Assembly: GCA_023481175.1 (NCBI GenBank)
Contig: JAMCWM010000012.1
Span: forward strand, 1 to 64,000
DNA: 64,000 nt
Direction: 5' to 3'
Source: Nitrospirota bacterium
Lineage (GTDB): Bacteria > Nitrospirota > Leptospirillia > Leptospirillales > Leptospirillaceae
Shown here: piece after piece, positions 9,221 through 17,816 of the stretch
How the letters are laid out: the number at the start of each line of letters is the position of its first letter
How positions within the stretch are numbered: the stretch's first letter is position 1
Notes under the pieces: model-generated
The model's database searches: none
Told to the model about the DNA's origin: nothing
Seen by the model: only the letters and a program-made list of their open reading frames with translations
Program-made: the position numbers and the translations under genes

Positions 9221-10768
9221 ATGCCCTGCTTCGGCCGCATCGTCGGCACGGAGGTCGAATACGGGATCTCCTTCGCATCGGGAACGATCGGAGACGCCCA
9301 GGGGGAGATCTCCCACGAGCTCGTCAACCGGCTTCCCGGTCTCTACGCCCCGGGCGCCCTCTGGGACTACGAGGAGGAGGATCCCTTCCTGGATGCCCGG
9401 GGCTTCCATGTCGAGGGAGACCGCGAACGGCCCGACCGGGGCGAAAACCGCTGGACGAACCGGGCCCTTTTCAATGGGGGACGCCTGTATGTCGACGGAG
9501 CCCATCCGGAGTATTCCGCCCCGGAGTGCACGAGCCTTCGGGATGTCGTCCGCTTTGAACGGGCCGGAGACCGGCTGGTCGAGGCCTGCCTCCTTTCCTG
9601 GGAGGCGGAGGACCCGGCGCGGCGGAGCCTCCGGGTCTTCCGGAACAACAGCGACGGATGGGGAAATTCCTGGGGATACCACGAAAACTACCTTCTCTCC
9701 CGGGAGCTTCCCTTCGACCGGATCATCGCGGGACTCACCGCCCATCTGGTGAGCCGGATCGTCTTCTGCGGGGCCGGGAAGACGGGATCGGACCGGGGAC
9801 GGGAAGGACCTCCCTACCAGCTCTCCCAGCGGGCGGAGTTCTTCGAGGTTCCGGTGGGGCTTTCGACCACCTCGCGGCGGGGGGTCGTCAACACCCGGGA
9901 CGAACCCCATTCCCGGAAGGAGGCCTACCGAAGGCTTCACGTGATCACCGGGGATTCGAACTGCTCCGAGATCGCGACGGCTCTCAAGGTCGGGTCCACC
10001 CTCCTCGTCCTGTGGGTGCTCGAGGAGAGCCACCGGCAGGGAGTTCCCCTCGACTTTCCCCTTCTGGCCGATCCCGTGGCGGCCTTCCACCAGATCTCGG
10101 CCGACCTGACCTTCGAAAAGCCGGTCGCCCTGGCCAACGGGAAGACGATCACGGCGCTCGGGATCGCGGAACGGTATCTCGAGAATGTCCGGCTCTGGTT
10201 TTCGCGGGAGGGAATGGACTCGGAGGTCCGGGATCTTCTGGACCGGTGGTCCGTTGTTCTCCGGCGTCTCGCAAGCTACCGGAGGGATCCGGCCGGCCTC
10301 GACCGGGAGCTCGACTGGGCGATCAAGCGGCGCATGATCGAGCGTTACCGGGAGTCGCGCCATCTCCCGGAGGGAGACCCGAGGCTCCGGATGCTCGACC
10401 TCCAGTACCACGATATCCGATCGGCGAGCGGGCTGTTCCGTCTTCTTGAGGCAAAGGGGGAGGTGGAGCGCCTTCTGGACCCGATGGAAATCGAAGAGGC
10501 CCTTCTCCACCCGCCTTCCGATACCCGGGCCTTCTTTCGGGGGACTCTCCTTCGACGTTTTCCGTCCGAGGTCGTGGCGGCCTCCTGGAGTTCGGTGGTG
10601 GTGGATGACGGAAGCCCCTCCCTGAAGCGGATCCCGCTCACCGATCCCTTCCGGGGAACGCAGAAGAGCGTGGGGGCGATCATCGACCGCGCCCAGAGCG
10701 CAAAACAACTGCTGGACGGGCTTTTGGCCAAGGGCGGTCCGTCCGGAACAAGCGAGGATTTGTCATGA
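9221..10768 (+). CDS. dop: Pup deamidase/depupylase Dop
   Basis: RIVGTEVEYGIS at the N-terminus is the carboxylate-amine ligase fold of Dop/PafA. About 515 aa, longer than the downstream paralog, consistent with the Dop loop insertion. It sits directly after arc. Start could instead be GTG 9167 or ATG 9215. Confidence 0.85.
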   Translation: MPCFGRIVGTEVEYGISFASGTIGDAQGEISHELVNRLPGLYAPGALWDYEEEDPFLDARGFHVEGDRERPDRGENRWTNRALFNGGRLYVDGAHPEYSAPECTSLRDVVRFERAGDRLVEACLLSWEAEDPARRSLRVFRNNSDGWGNSWGYHENYLLSRELPFDRIIAGLTAHLVSRIVFCGAGKTGSDRGREGPPYQLSQRAEFFEVPVGLSTTSRRGVVNTRDEPHSRKEAYRRLHVITGDSNCSEIATALKVGSTLLVLWVLEESHRQGVPLDFPLLADPVAAFHQISADLTFEKPVALANGKTITALGIAERYLENVRLWFSREGMDSEVRDLLDRWSVVLRRLASYRRDPAGLDRELDWAIKRRMIERYRESRHLPEGDPRLRMLDLQYHDIRSASGLFRLLEAKGEVERLLDPMEIEEALLHPPSDTRAFFRGTLLRRFPSEVVAASWSSVVVDDGSPSLKRIPLTDPFRGTQKSVGAIIDRAQSAKQLLDGLLAKGGPSGTSEDLS

Positions 10769-10965
10769 GCCAGAAGGAAAAGGAGACAAGAAAGCACGAA
10801 AAGACCGAGGAGACGGCCCCCGAGCCGGAGGTTCCGGCCGAGGCCCAGGAAAGGGCGAAGAAGGTCACGGAGGAGGCGGACGACATTCTCGACAAGATCG
10901 ACGAGGTCCTGGAAAAGAATGCGGCCTCCTTCGTCAAGTCCTTCATCCAGAAAGGCGGGCAGTAG
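10765..10965 (+). CDS. pup: Prokaryotic ubiquitin-like protein Pup (C-terminal GGQ)
   Basis: 66 aa, acidic and disordered (EETAPEPEVPAEAQERAKKVTEEADDILDKIDEVLEKNAASFVKSFIQKGGQ). Ends GGQ. ATGA overlap with the dop stop. Confidence 0.88.
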   Translation: MSQKEKETRKHEKTEETAPEPEVPAEAQERAKKVTEEADDILDKIDEVLEKNAASFVKSFIQKGGQ

Positions 10966-10968
10966 ACG

Positions 10969-11772
10969 GTGAACTGGAAGAGTTCCGCTCCCTTTGTCCA
11001 GCCATTTGACTCCCCGTCCTTTCTCGACTGCCTCAGATCCTCGGGATACTGGGACCAGTCCCCCCTTCCGGGGGGCCACTCCCCGGGGATCGGGTCTCTG
11101 CCCCACGCGACCACCGTCCTCGCCGTCCGCTATGCGGGGGGGGTGGTCATGGCCGGAGACCGCCAGGCCTCGGAGGGCTACCAGGTGTCGAGCCGGGCCA
11201 TCTCCAAGGTCATTCCGGTGGACCGCTTCTCCTGCGTCGCGATCGCGGGGGCCGCGGGGCCCGCGATCGACATGGCCCGGCTCTTCCGGGTGGAGATCGA
11301 GCATTACGAAAAGCTCGAGGGGGTGATGCTGACCACCGACGGAAAGGCCAACAAGCTCGCCCAGATGGTCCGGGAGGCCCTTCCCATGGCCATGCAGGGT
11401 CTGGTGGTGGTCCCTCTTTTCGCCGGATACGACGTCGGCCGGGGGGCCGGGCGGATCTACAAGTACGATCCGGCCGGAGGCCGGTACGAGGAAGACGCCT
11501 ATCACGCGAACGGCTCCGGAGGGCTGTTCGCCAGAAATGCCCTCAAGATGCTCTGGAAAGAGGGACTTGACCGGAACCGGGCCATCGAGGCCGCCCTCCG
11601 GGCCCTCTACGAGGCGGCCGACGAGGACCTGGGAACGGGAGGTCCGGACTTTGTCCGGGAGATCTACCCCTCCGTCTTCACGATGGATCGGGAGGGAACG
11701 ATCGAACTTCCCGCGGCCGAGGTGGCTCTCTATTACCGGAATCTCGTCGACTCCCTCAAGCGAAAGGACTAG
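10969..11772 (+). CDS. prcB: 20S proteasome beta subunit PrcB (with propeptide)
   Basis: A propeptide is followed by HATTVLAVRYAGGVVMAGDRQAS, the N-terminal catalytic Thr context of a beta subunit. GTG start. Confidence 0.9.
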   Translation: MNWKSSAPFVQPFDSPSFLDCLRSSGYWDQSPLPGGHSPGIGSLPHATTVLAVRYAGGVVMAGDRQASEGYQVSSRAISKVIPVDRFSCVAIAGAAGPAIDMARLFRVEIEHYEKLEGVMLTTDGKANKLAQMVREALPMAMQGLVVVPLFAGYDVGRGAGRIYKYDPAGGRYEEDAYHANGSGGLFARNALKMLWKEGLDRNRAIEAALRALYEAADEDLGTGGPDFVREIYPSVFTMDREGTIELPAAEVALYYRNLVDSLKRKD

Positions 11773-11778
11773 CGCCCG

Positions 11779-12471
11779 ATGGCGGCCCTTCCCTTTTATG
11801 TCTCTCCCGAACAGCTCATGCAGGACAAGGCGGAGTATGCCAAGAAAGGCATCTCCCGCGGCCGTTCGGTGGTCGTTCTGGTGGTCCGGGAGGGGATCCT
11901 CCTCGCGGCCGACAACCCCTCGGCGAGCCTCTACAAGATCTCCGAGGTCTACGACCGGGTGGCCTTCGCCGGGGTGGGCAAGTACAGCGAGTTCGAGAAT
12001 CTCCGGAAGGCCGGGATCCGCCATGCTGACCTCAAGGGGTTCATGTACAGCCGGGAGGATGTGACGGGGCGCTCGCTCGCGAACGCCTACTCGCAGCTTC
12101 TGGGCTCGGCCTTCAGCCAGGAGGTGAAGCCCCTCGAGGTCGAGATCGTCCTGGCCGACCTGGGAACGGACGGACGTCCCGACGAGATCTACCGGATCTC
12201 CTACGACGGATCGATCTTCGACGAGCCCCTCCTGACGGCGGTCGGAGGACGGGCCGAGCAGCTCGGAGCCCTGCTCCGGGAGAGGATCAGGGAGCCCCTT
12301 CCCCTTCACGAAGGGCTCCGGATCGTCCGCGGCGCCTTCCAGGAGATCTCGGAGGCCCCCCTTCCTGTCGAGCAGATGGAGGTGGGGCTCCTCGACCGCA
12401 CGGCGGCCGGCCGCACCTTCCGCCGGTTTTCGAAGGACGACCTGTCGAAGATCCTCGACACCCCCGTCTGA
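11779..12471 (+). CDS. prcA: 20S proteasome alpha subunit PrcA
   Basis: Ntn-hydrolase fold sequence without the catalytic Thr-1 context (RGRSVVVLVVREGILLAADNPSASLYKISEVYDRVAFAGVG). Directly downstream of prcB. Confidence 0.9.
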   Translation: MAALPFYVSPEQLMQDKAEYAKKGISRGRSVVVLVVREGILLAADNPSASLYKISEVYDRVAFAGVGKYSEFENLRKAGIRHADLKGFMYSREDVTGRSLANAYSQLLGSAFSQEVKPLEVEIVLADLGTDGRPDEIYRISYDGSIFDEPLLTAVGGRAEQLGALLRERIREPLPLHEGLRIVRGAFQEISEAPLPVEQMEVGLLDRTAAGRTFRRFSKDDLSKILDTPV

Positions 12472-12483
12472 TCGGAGGTTCCG

Positions 12484-13821
12484 ATGCACCGCCGGATCAT
12501 GGGACTCGAAAGCGAATACGGATTCATGTTCACCAACACGGGAGACAGGATCTTTCCTCCCGAACGGGCTCTCGAGTACCTGTTCCAGGGCATCATGCAG
12601 AACAGCTGGTCCAGGGACGCCTTCCTCCCGAACGGGGGACGGATCTACCAGGACACCGGGAGCCACCCTGAATATTCGACGCCGGAGTGCGACAAGGTCC
12701 GGGACGTGGTGATCCACGACAAGGCCGGGGAGCGGATCCTCTCCCGGGCGGTGGAGGCCGTGACCCACCAGCTGGAGCTCGAGGGTATCGACGGCCATCT
12801 CTACGTCCTCAAGAACAACACCGACTCCGCCGGGAACTCCTACGGGTGCCACGAAAACTACCTGATCGACAGAAATGTCACCTTCTGGCGCCTCTCCCGG
12901 ACCCTGATCCCCTTTTTCGTCTCGCGCCAGATCCTCTCCGGGGCGGGGGGCCTCGTCCGTAAGGCGGACGAAAGCGTCCGCTTCGTCATCTCTCCCCGCT
13001 CCCTCCACATCCGGGAGAAGATTTCCTGTTCGACCACCTCGAGCCGTCCGATCATCAACACTCGGGACGAACCCCATTCCGATCCCCAGAAGTACCGGAG
13101 GCTGCACATCATCGTGGGGGATTCGAACATGAGCGAGATCAGCGATTTTCTGAAGATCGGGACGACGGCCCTGGTTCTCGAGGTGATCGAGGGAGGGGGA
13201 CTTCACGACCGGATGAGCCTCGAGGATCCCATCCGGGCCATCCGGGAGATTTCGGAGGATCCCACGCTCTCCGTCCGGGTTCGCCTTGAATCCGGTGCCG
13301 AGCTGACGGCGCTCGAGATCCAGGAGGCCTATCTCGAGGCCTGCCGGGATTTCTTCGACAGGGAAGGGACGACGCCGGCCGTCCGTGATATGCTAAATTT
13401 ATGGGAAAGAATCCTGGGAGAACTTTCGCGCCGGGACGAATCCGTCCTGGCGCGTGAGATCGACTGGGTGATCAAGTGGCAGCTCCTGACCCGCTACCGG
13501 GACAGGAAACAGGGAGCATGGGAGGATCCGGCCTTGGCCATGCTGGATTACCAGTATCACGACGTCCACGAGGAGAAGGGACTCTACAACCTCCTTTCGA
13601 AGGCCGGGTGCGTGGACCGGATCGCCGCGGATCCGGAAATCCTCTCCGCCATGGAGAAGCCTCCACAGACCACCCGGGCCCGCCTCCGGGGCGCCCATAT
13701 CCGGGACGCCATGGAGCATCACCGTTCCTACACCGTCGACTGGACCTACATGAGGCTCAACGATCCGCCCCAGGAAACGCTCCACTGGGCCGACCCCTTC
13801 AATGCGGCGGAACTTCCGTGA
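12484..13821 (+). CDS. pafA: Pup-protein ligase PafA
   Basis: MHRRIMGLESEYGF N-terminus. 445 aa. Paralog of the dop product and about 70 aa shorter. Sits after prcA as in the canonical locus. Confidence 0.88.
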   Translation: MHRRIMGLESEYGFMFTNTGDRIFPPERALEYLFQGIMQNSWSRDAFLPNGGRIYQDTGSHPEYSTPECDKVRDVVIHDKAGERILSRAVEAVTHQLELEGIDGHLYVLKNNTDSAGNSYGCHENYLIDRNVTFWRLSRTLIPFFVSRQILSGAGGLVRKADESVRFVISPRSLHIREKISCSTTSSRPIINTRDEPHSDPQKYRRLHIIVGDSNMSEISDFLKIGTTALVLEVIEGGGLHDRMSLEDPIRAIREISEDPTLSVRVRLESGAELTALEIQEAYLEACRDFFDREGTTPAVRDMLNLWERILGELSRRDESVLAREIDWVIKWQLLTRYRDRKQGAWEDPALAMLDYQYHDVHEEKGLYNLLSKAGCVDRIAADPEILSAMEKPPQTTRARLRGAHIRDAMEHHRSYTVDWTYMRLNDPPQETLHWADPFNAAELP

Positions 13822-14501
13822 GACGCGGAGGCGGCCTTGACGCCCTTCTTCTCATCGTCTGGTGCCTGATCCTGGCGGGCCAGGGCCTTGGCCGCTACGA
13901 TCTTCCCGGAGGAGGTTTTTCCGGCGTTCCCGAGGGCACCCCCCACGAGAGGCGGCCCGCTCCCGGCTCCCCGCACGGCGCCCGATCCCTTCATCCTCGC
14001 TTTACCCCCGTGGCGGTGCTCGTTCCGCCGATCGGAAGCCCCCCTGTGGGACCGGTCTCCCTTCCCGCAACGCCCAACCTTCCGGGAGCCTTCGGACAGA
14101 CCTCGGGCGCCTTTGCCCCTCCGCCCCCGACGGGGCTGTCGGTCGGACCTCCCGCTGTCCTCCTGATCCCGCAGACGCCTCTGGGCCAGGGAAGCGGCGC
14201 CTTTGCGCCCTCGGCCCCGACCGGCCTCCAGTTCGTTCCTCTGGCGGGAAACGCTCCCCAGACGCAGGGGGGCATTCCCTATTTCGTGCCCTTCGCCATG
14301 GGGCCGACCTCCATCATCAACCAGTTCGTCCAGCCGCCCCTGGTGCCCTTCGGGCAGGTGGGGGTTCCCGTCCAGCCCTATCTTCCGGGCTTCTTCACCG
14401 GAAACGCCAACCCCTTCAACCGGTCCTGCAACTACTATTATTTTGCCGGATGCGGCCCGTCCGGGGGCGCCGTCACCGACTTCAACTTCTCGACCCGCTA
14501 G
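13818..14501 (+). CDS. Pro/Gly-rich putative secreted protein with internal repeats (hypothetical)
   Basis: GTG start overlaps the pafA stop (GTGA). It has a hydrophobic N-terminus (LLLIVWCLILAG) and repeated GAFAPPPPTGL / GAFAPSAPTGL units. GC3-rich codons support coding. No homolog recognised. Confidence 0.4.
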   Translation: MRRGGGLDALLLIVWCLILAGQGLGRYDLPGGGFSGVPEGTPHERRPAPGSPHGARSLHPRFTPVAVLVPPIGSPPVGPVSLPATPNLPGAFGQTSGAFAPPPPTGLSVGPPAVLLIPQTPLGQGSGAFAPSAPTGLQFVPLAGNAPQTQGGIPYFVPFAMGPTSIINQFVQPPLVPFGQVGVPVQPYLPGFFTGNANPFNRSCNYYYFAGCGPSGGAVTDFNFSTR

Positions 14502-14791
14502 GCCTCCGCCTGTTTCTCTCCCGTTCGGAGAGGGCTTCGCCGATTCCGGGGAAAGGGACAGAAATTCCTTTCCGGCTCCCGGCCCGATTTCCGGGAACCC
14601 GGGACATCCCTTGCCGGACGTCCCGATAAAGACCAGGACAGAGGACTTTCCCGGGGCGAAAAGAGCCCCGGAAGGCCCGGGCCAGCTTGAGCGAATCCGA
14701 CGTTTGGAAATCTCTCGCAAATCCGGACGAGGCCCCTGAGAGCAATCCTGTATCAGAATTCGTGAATCCTGAATCGATTGACAGACGGAGC

Positions 14792-14832
14792 TTGAATGGA
14801 TATCATTCAAGGCATGAATGATATCCATTCAA
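14792..14832. promoter_or_regulatory. 18-bp perfect inverted repeat spanning the start codon of the DUF4143 ATPase gene
   Basis: Arms TTGAATGGATATCATTCAA (14792-14810) and TGAATGATATCCATTCAA (14815-14832) are exact reverse complements, separated by GGCA. ATG 14796 lies inside arm 1. Confidence 0.6.
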
Positions 14833-16067
14833 AAGACGAATTTGTTTACAGACCGAGATGGATTGTCCCTTTTCTTCGCCAGTCTCTCGAGGATCATCCG
14901 ATTCTCATTCTTGCCGGAGCTCGCCAGGTCGGCAAAAGTACCCTCCTGAGAGAAGAAGAACCGTTTTCCGGATGGAACTACCGGACGATGGACAACTACG
15001 ATACCCTGGAACAGGCGAAACGGGATCCGGCCGCCCTTTGGGCCGGAACGGACCGACTCGTCCTCGACGAAGTCCAGAAATCCCCCTCTCTCCTGTCGGC
15101 CGTCAAGGAGGCCGTGGACCGGAGCCGAAGGAAAATCCGGTTCGTGCTCTCCGGGTCCCAGAATCTTCTTCTTATGCAAAGAGTCACAGAAAGCCTGGCG
15201 GGACGGGCCGTGTATGCCTCCCTCCTTCCCATGGCCTGGGGGGAGCGAGCGTCACGCCCCCCCTCCCGCTTGATCGAAAATCTCTTTGCCGGAGAGTTCC
15301 CGGAGGAAGGCCCGCGGGGGAAAGGGGAGGAAGCCACCCAGGACATTCTTCTCCGGGGTCTTTTTCCTCCCCTTGAGACGTTGTCCTGGCCGGCGGGGGT
15401 TCTTGGATGGTGGGAAGGGTATGTCGCCACCTATCTCGAGCGAGATCTTCGCCAGATCTCTTCCGTGGAGTCGCTTCCGGATTTCAGGCGGGTCATGGAG
15501 GCCCTGGCGCTAAGAAGTGGGTCCATGCTCAACCAGACCGAAGTCGCCCGGGATACGGGAGTCAGCCAGCCGACCGTTCATCGTTACGTCAACCTCCTTG
15601 AAGTTTCGTCTCTTCTGACCCGTCTTCCAGCTTTTTCCAGGAACCGGACCCGGCGCCTCCTCAAATCCCCCAAGATCCACTGGATCGACCCCGCTCTGGC
15701 TGCCTATCTTTCCGGGTTGCACGATCCGCTGGCCTTCAAGCATTCCCGGGAGGCCGGAGCGCTTTTTGAGTCTCTCGTCTTTCTTCACATTCAGGTCCCG
15801 TCCGGCCTCATGGTCCCCAAACCCCGTCTCTTCCACTGGCGAACGGCGACGGGACAGGAGGTGGACTTCGTTCTGGAGCGGGGGAGACACCTCCTCGCGG
15901 TCGAGGCAAAATACACCACCGCCCCCCGTTATGCCGACACCAAGGGACTTCAGGACTTCATGGCGGAATATCCGGAAACGGTCGCCGGTCTTCTGGTTTA
16001 CGACGGAGATGAGATTCTGAGACTTCACGAAAAGATCGTGGCCCTTCCCTGGTATGTTCTCGGTTGA
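14796..16067 (+). CDS. AAA+ ATPase of the DUF4143 family (COG1373-like)
   Basis: ILAGARQVGKSTLL Walker A and RLVLDEVQKSP Walker B. The C-terminal part has the DUF4143 pattern (LNQTEVARDTGVSQPTVHRYVNLLE...FESLVFLH). 423 aa. Confidence 0.85.
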   Translation: MDIIQGMNDIHSKDEFVYRPRWIVPFLRQSLEDHPILILAGARQVGKSTLLREEEPFSGWNYRTMDNYDTLEQAKRDPAALWAGTDRLVLDEVQKSPSLLSAVKEAVDRSRRKIRFVLSGSQNLLLMQRVTESLAGRAVYASLLPMAWGERASRPPSRLIENLFAGEFPEEGPRGKGEEATQDILLRGLFPPLETLSWPAGVLGWWEGYVATYLERDLRQISSVESLPDFRRVMEALALRSGSMLNQTEVARDTGVSQPTVHRYVNLLEVSSLLTRLPAFSRNRTRRLLKSPKIHWIDPALAAYLSGLHDPLAFKHSREAGALFESLVFLHIQVPSGLMVPKPRLFHWRTATGQEVDFVLERGRHLLAVEAKYTTAPRYADTKGLQDFMAEYPETVAGLLVYDGDEILRLHEKIVALPWYVLG

Positions 16068-16117
16068 CAAAAATCGGCCGCGCAAGCCCTGCGTCCGGCA
16101 CGGGACCGACGCTCATC

Positions 16118-16300
16118 ATGGCTTCGGACACCCCGATCAGACGACACATCAAGATTATCAGTCAAGCCCATCCGTTCGACCCGGAATGGACGCCCACCTT
16201 CGAGGAGAGAAAGCGAAAGCCGACTTTCCGAGAGGCCGTCAAGAAGAAGATACAGGCGGCCAAGGCGTTCTTCGGGTTTCCCGACACCCCTGAGAAGTGA
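16118..16300 (+). CDS. Small hypothetical ORF (60 aa), weakly supported
   Basis: MASDTPIRRHIKIISQAHPFDPEWTPTFEERKRKPTFREAVKKKIQAAKAFFGFPDTPEK. No RBS was noted. Followed by hairpins. Confidence 0.2.
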   Translation: MASDTPIRRHIKIISQAHPFDPEWTPTFEERKRKPTFREAVKKKIQAAKAFFGFPDTPEK

Positions 16301-16724
16301 ATGCCGGGTCCGGGTAGCACCGGGCATCAGAAAGGCTTGAGCCGCTTGCGGAAAGACCCGCCCAGGCGGTTCTTGCGGAATCCGGGAGTTCCCGGAAAGT
16401 AGGGAACTCCTGTCGACAAGGCCTTGGGCCTTGCTGGGATGGATGTTCGGAGCGGGGCTCGGAATCCGAAAGGTCTCCATGTCCCACGAATGCCTGAAAA
16501 CGCGCGACGTGTCCTGTGTTTTTATGGTCAGTGTAAGTTGTTTAGGTAAAATAAATATTTGAATTTTGAACTCCTGTCCGCGCTAATGGAATGGTCAGGG
16601 AGGCTCTGGGGTGGGATCCCCGCTCCCCCTTGGGTATACTTGCCGGAACGAAAAAAGGGGAAGGCGCTCGAGAACGCCTTCCCCCCAACACAAACCAGAC
16701 TGTTCCATTATCGTAGGAGTCGCG

Positions 16725-17816
16725 ATGAAAGTCCAGATCTCGAAGAAAAAAACCGAAACAGCCCGTAACGAAGCCGCGATCGAGCGCGTTTGCGTGGATC
16801 TTGCGAAGAGCACCTTTCATGTCGTGGGCCTCGATGCCGACAGAAAGACGGTTTTCCGGAGAAAGTTCAACCGGAAGGGCTTTCTCGAGTGGCTGGGAAC
16901 TCTTGAAAAAAAGGTTCTCGTGGTGATGGAGGCGTGTGCGGGGTCCCAGTGGTGGGGCCAACAGTGCCAGGCTCTGGGGCATACGGCGATGCTGATTCCT
17001 CCGCATCGAGTAAAGCCTTATGCTCTCTAGAAAAAAAATGATTTCAATGATGCGGAGGCCATGGGAGAAGCGTCCCGGAATCCCAAGACCGTTCCCGTTC
17101 CGGTCAAGACGCTCGAACAGCAGGATCTGGCCATGCTGATCGCGGCCCGGCAGGGGCTGATCGAGGAGCGCACCGCCCATGCCAACCGGATGCGCGCGTT
17201 TCTTCTGGAACGGGGGATCGCCCTTCCCAAGGGCATCCGGATCCTCCGGCACCAGATGTCCGATGTTCTGGACGACGGGACGAACGGATTGACCCAGATC
17301 GCGCGCACCTGTCTTCGGGAGATGCAGGCGCGGCTTTTGGAACTCGACGAGAAGATCGAGGAGATCGTCGGCATGATGGGTCAGATCGCAAGCCTCAACG
17401 AGGTGGGAAAGATTCTCCAGACGATTCCGGGATTCGGCCCCCTGATCGTCGCCGCCCTTGTGGCGGTGATCGGAGATCCCCGACGGTTCCGGTGCGGGCG
17501 CGACATGTCGGCTTATCTCGGGCTTGTCGTCCGGCAGAACACGTCGGGCGACAAGATCCGCCTGGGAGGCATCACCAAGCGGGGCGATGCGGGTCTTCGG
17601 ACGCTTCTCATCCATGGAGCCCGAGCCGCTCTCCGGTGTCTCGCGACCAAGGAAAACGGCAAGATGGGGAACGGCCGGCTTCGCGCCTGGTGCCTGGCCC
17701 TCCTGGAACGAAAGAGCAAGAAGAATGTGGTCATCGTGGCGTTGGCCAACAAGCTCGTGAGAATCGCATGGGCCGTCTGGACAAAGGGAACAGCCTTCAA
17801 TGCGGCGATCGCCTAG
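16725..17816 (+). mobile_element. IS110-family transposase gene interrupted by a single in-frame TAG (codons 16725-17027 and 17031-17816 in the same frame)
   Basis: N-terminal part: KVQISKKKTETARNEAAIERVCVDLAKSTFHVVGLDADRK...VMEACAGSQWWGQQCQALGHTAMLIPPHRVKPYAL. After the TAG (17028-17030) it continues KKNDFNDAEAMGEASRNPKTVPVPVKTLEQQDLAMLIAARQGL...LANKLVRIAWAVWTKG, matching IS110 transposases end to end. RBS TAGGAGT lies upstream. A perfect 9-bp hairpin (GGGAAGGCG...CGCCTTCCC) and an AT-rich leader sit upstream. Element ends are not determinable because IS110 lacks TIRs. Confidence 0.85.

Noticed and set aside
7040-9278. Long minus-strand ORFs (7040..8122, 7449..9278) antisense to arc
   Set aside because: They lie opposite a strongly supported AAA ATPase gene. 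Their proteins are low-complexity and Arg/Pro/Gly-rich, typical of antisense frames in high-GC DNA.
9161-13206. ORFs 9161..10708 (-) and 10345..13206 (-, 953 aa) antisense to dop/pup/prcBA/pafA
   Set aside because: They overlap five well-supported genes on the opposite strand and show no motifs. High-GC artefact.
13476-13817. Upstream part of ORF 13476..14501 overlapping pafA
   Set aside because: It runs entirely inside pafA in another frame. The plausible start is GTG 13818.
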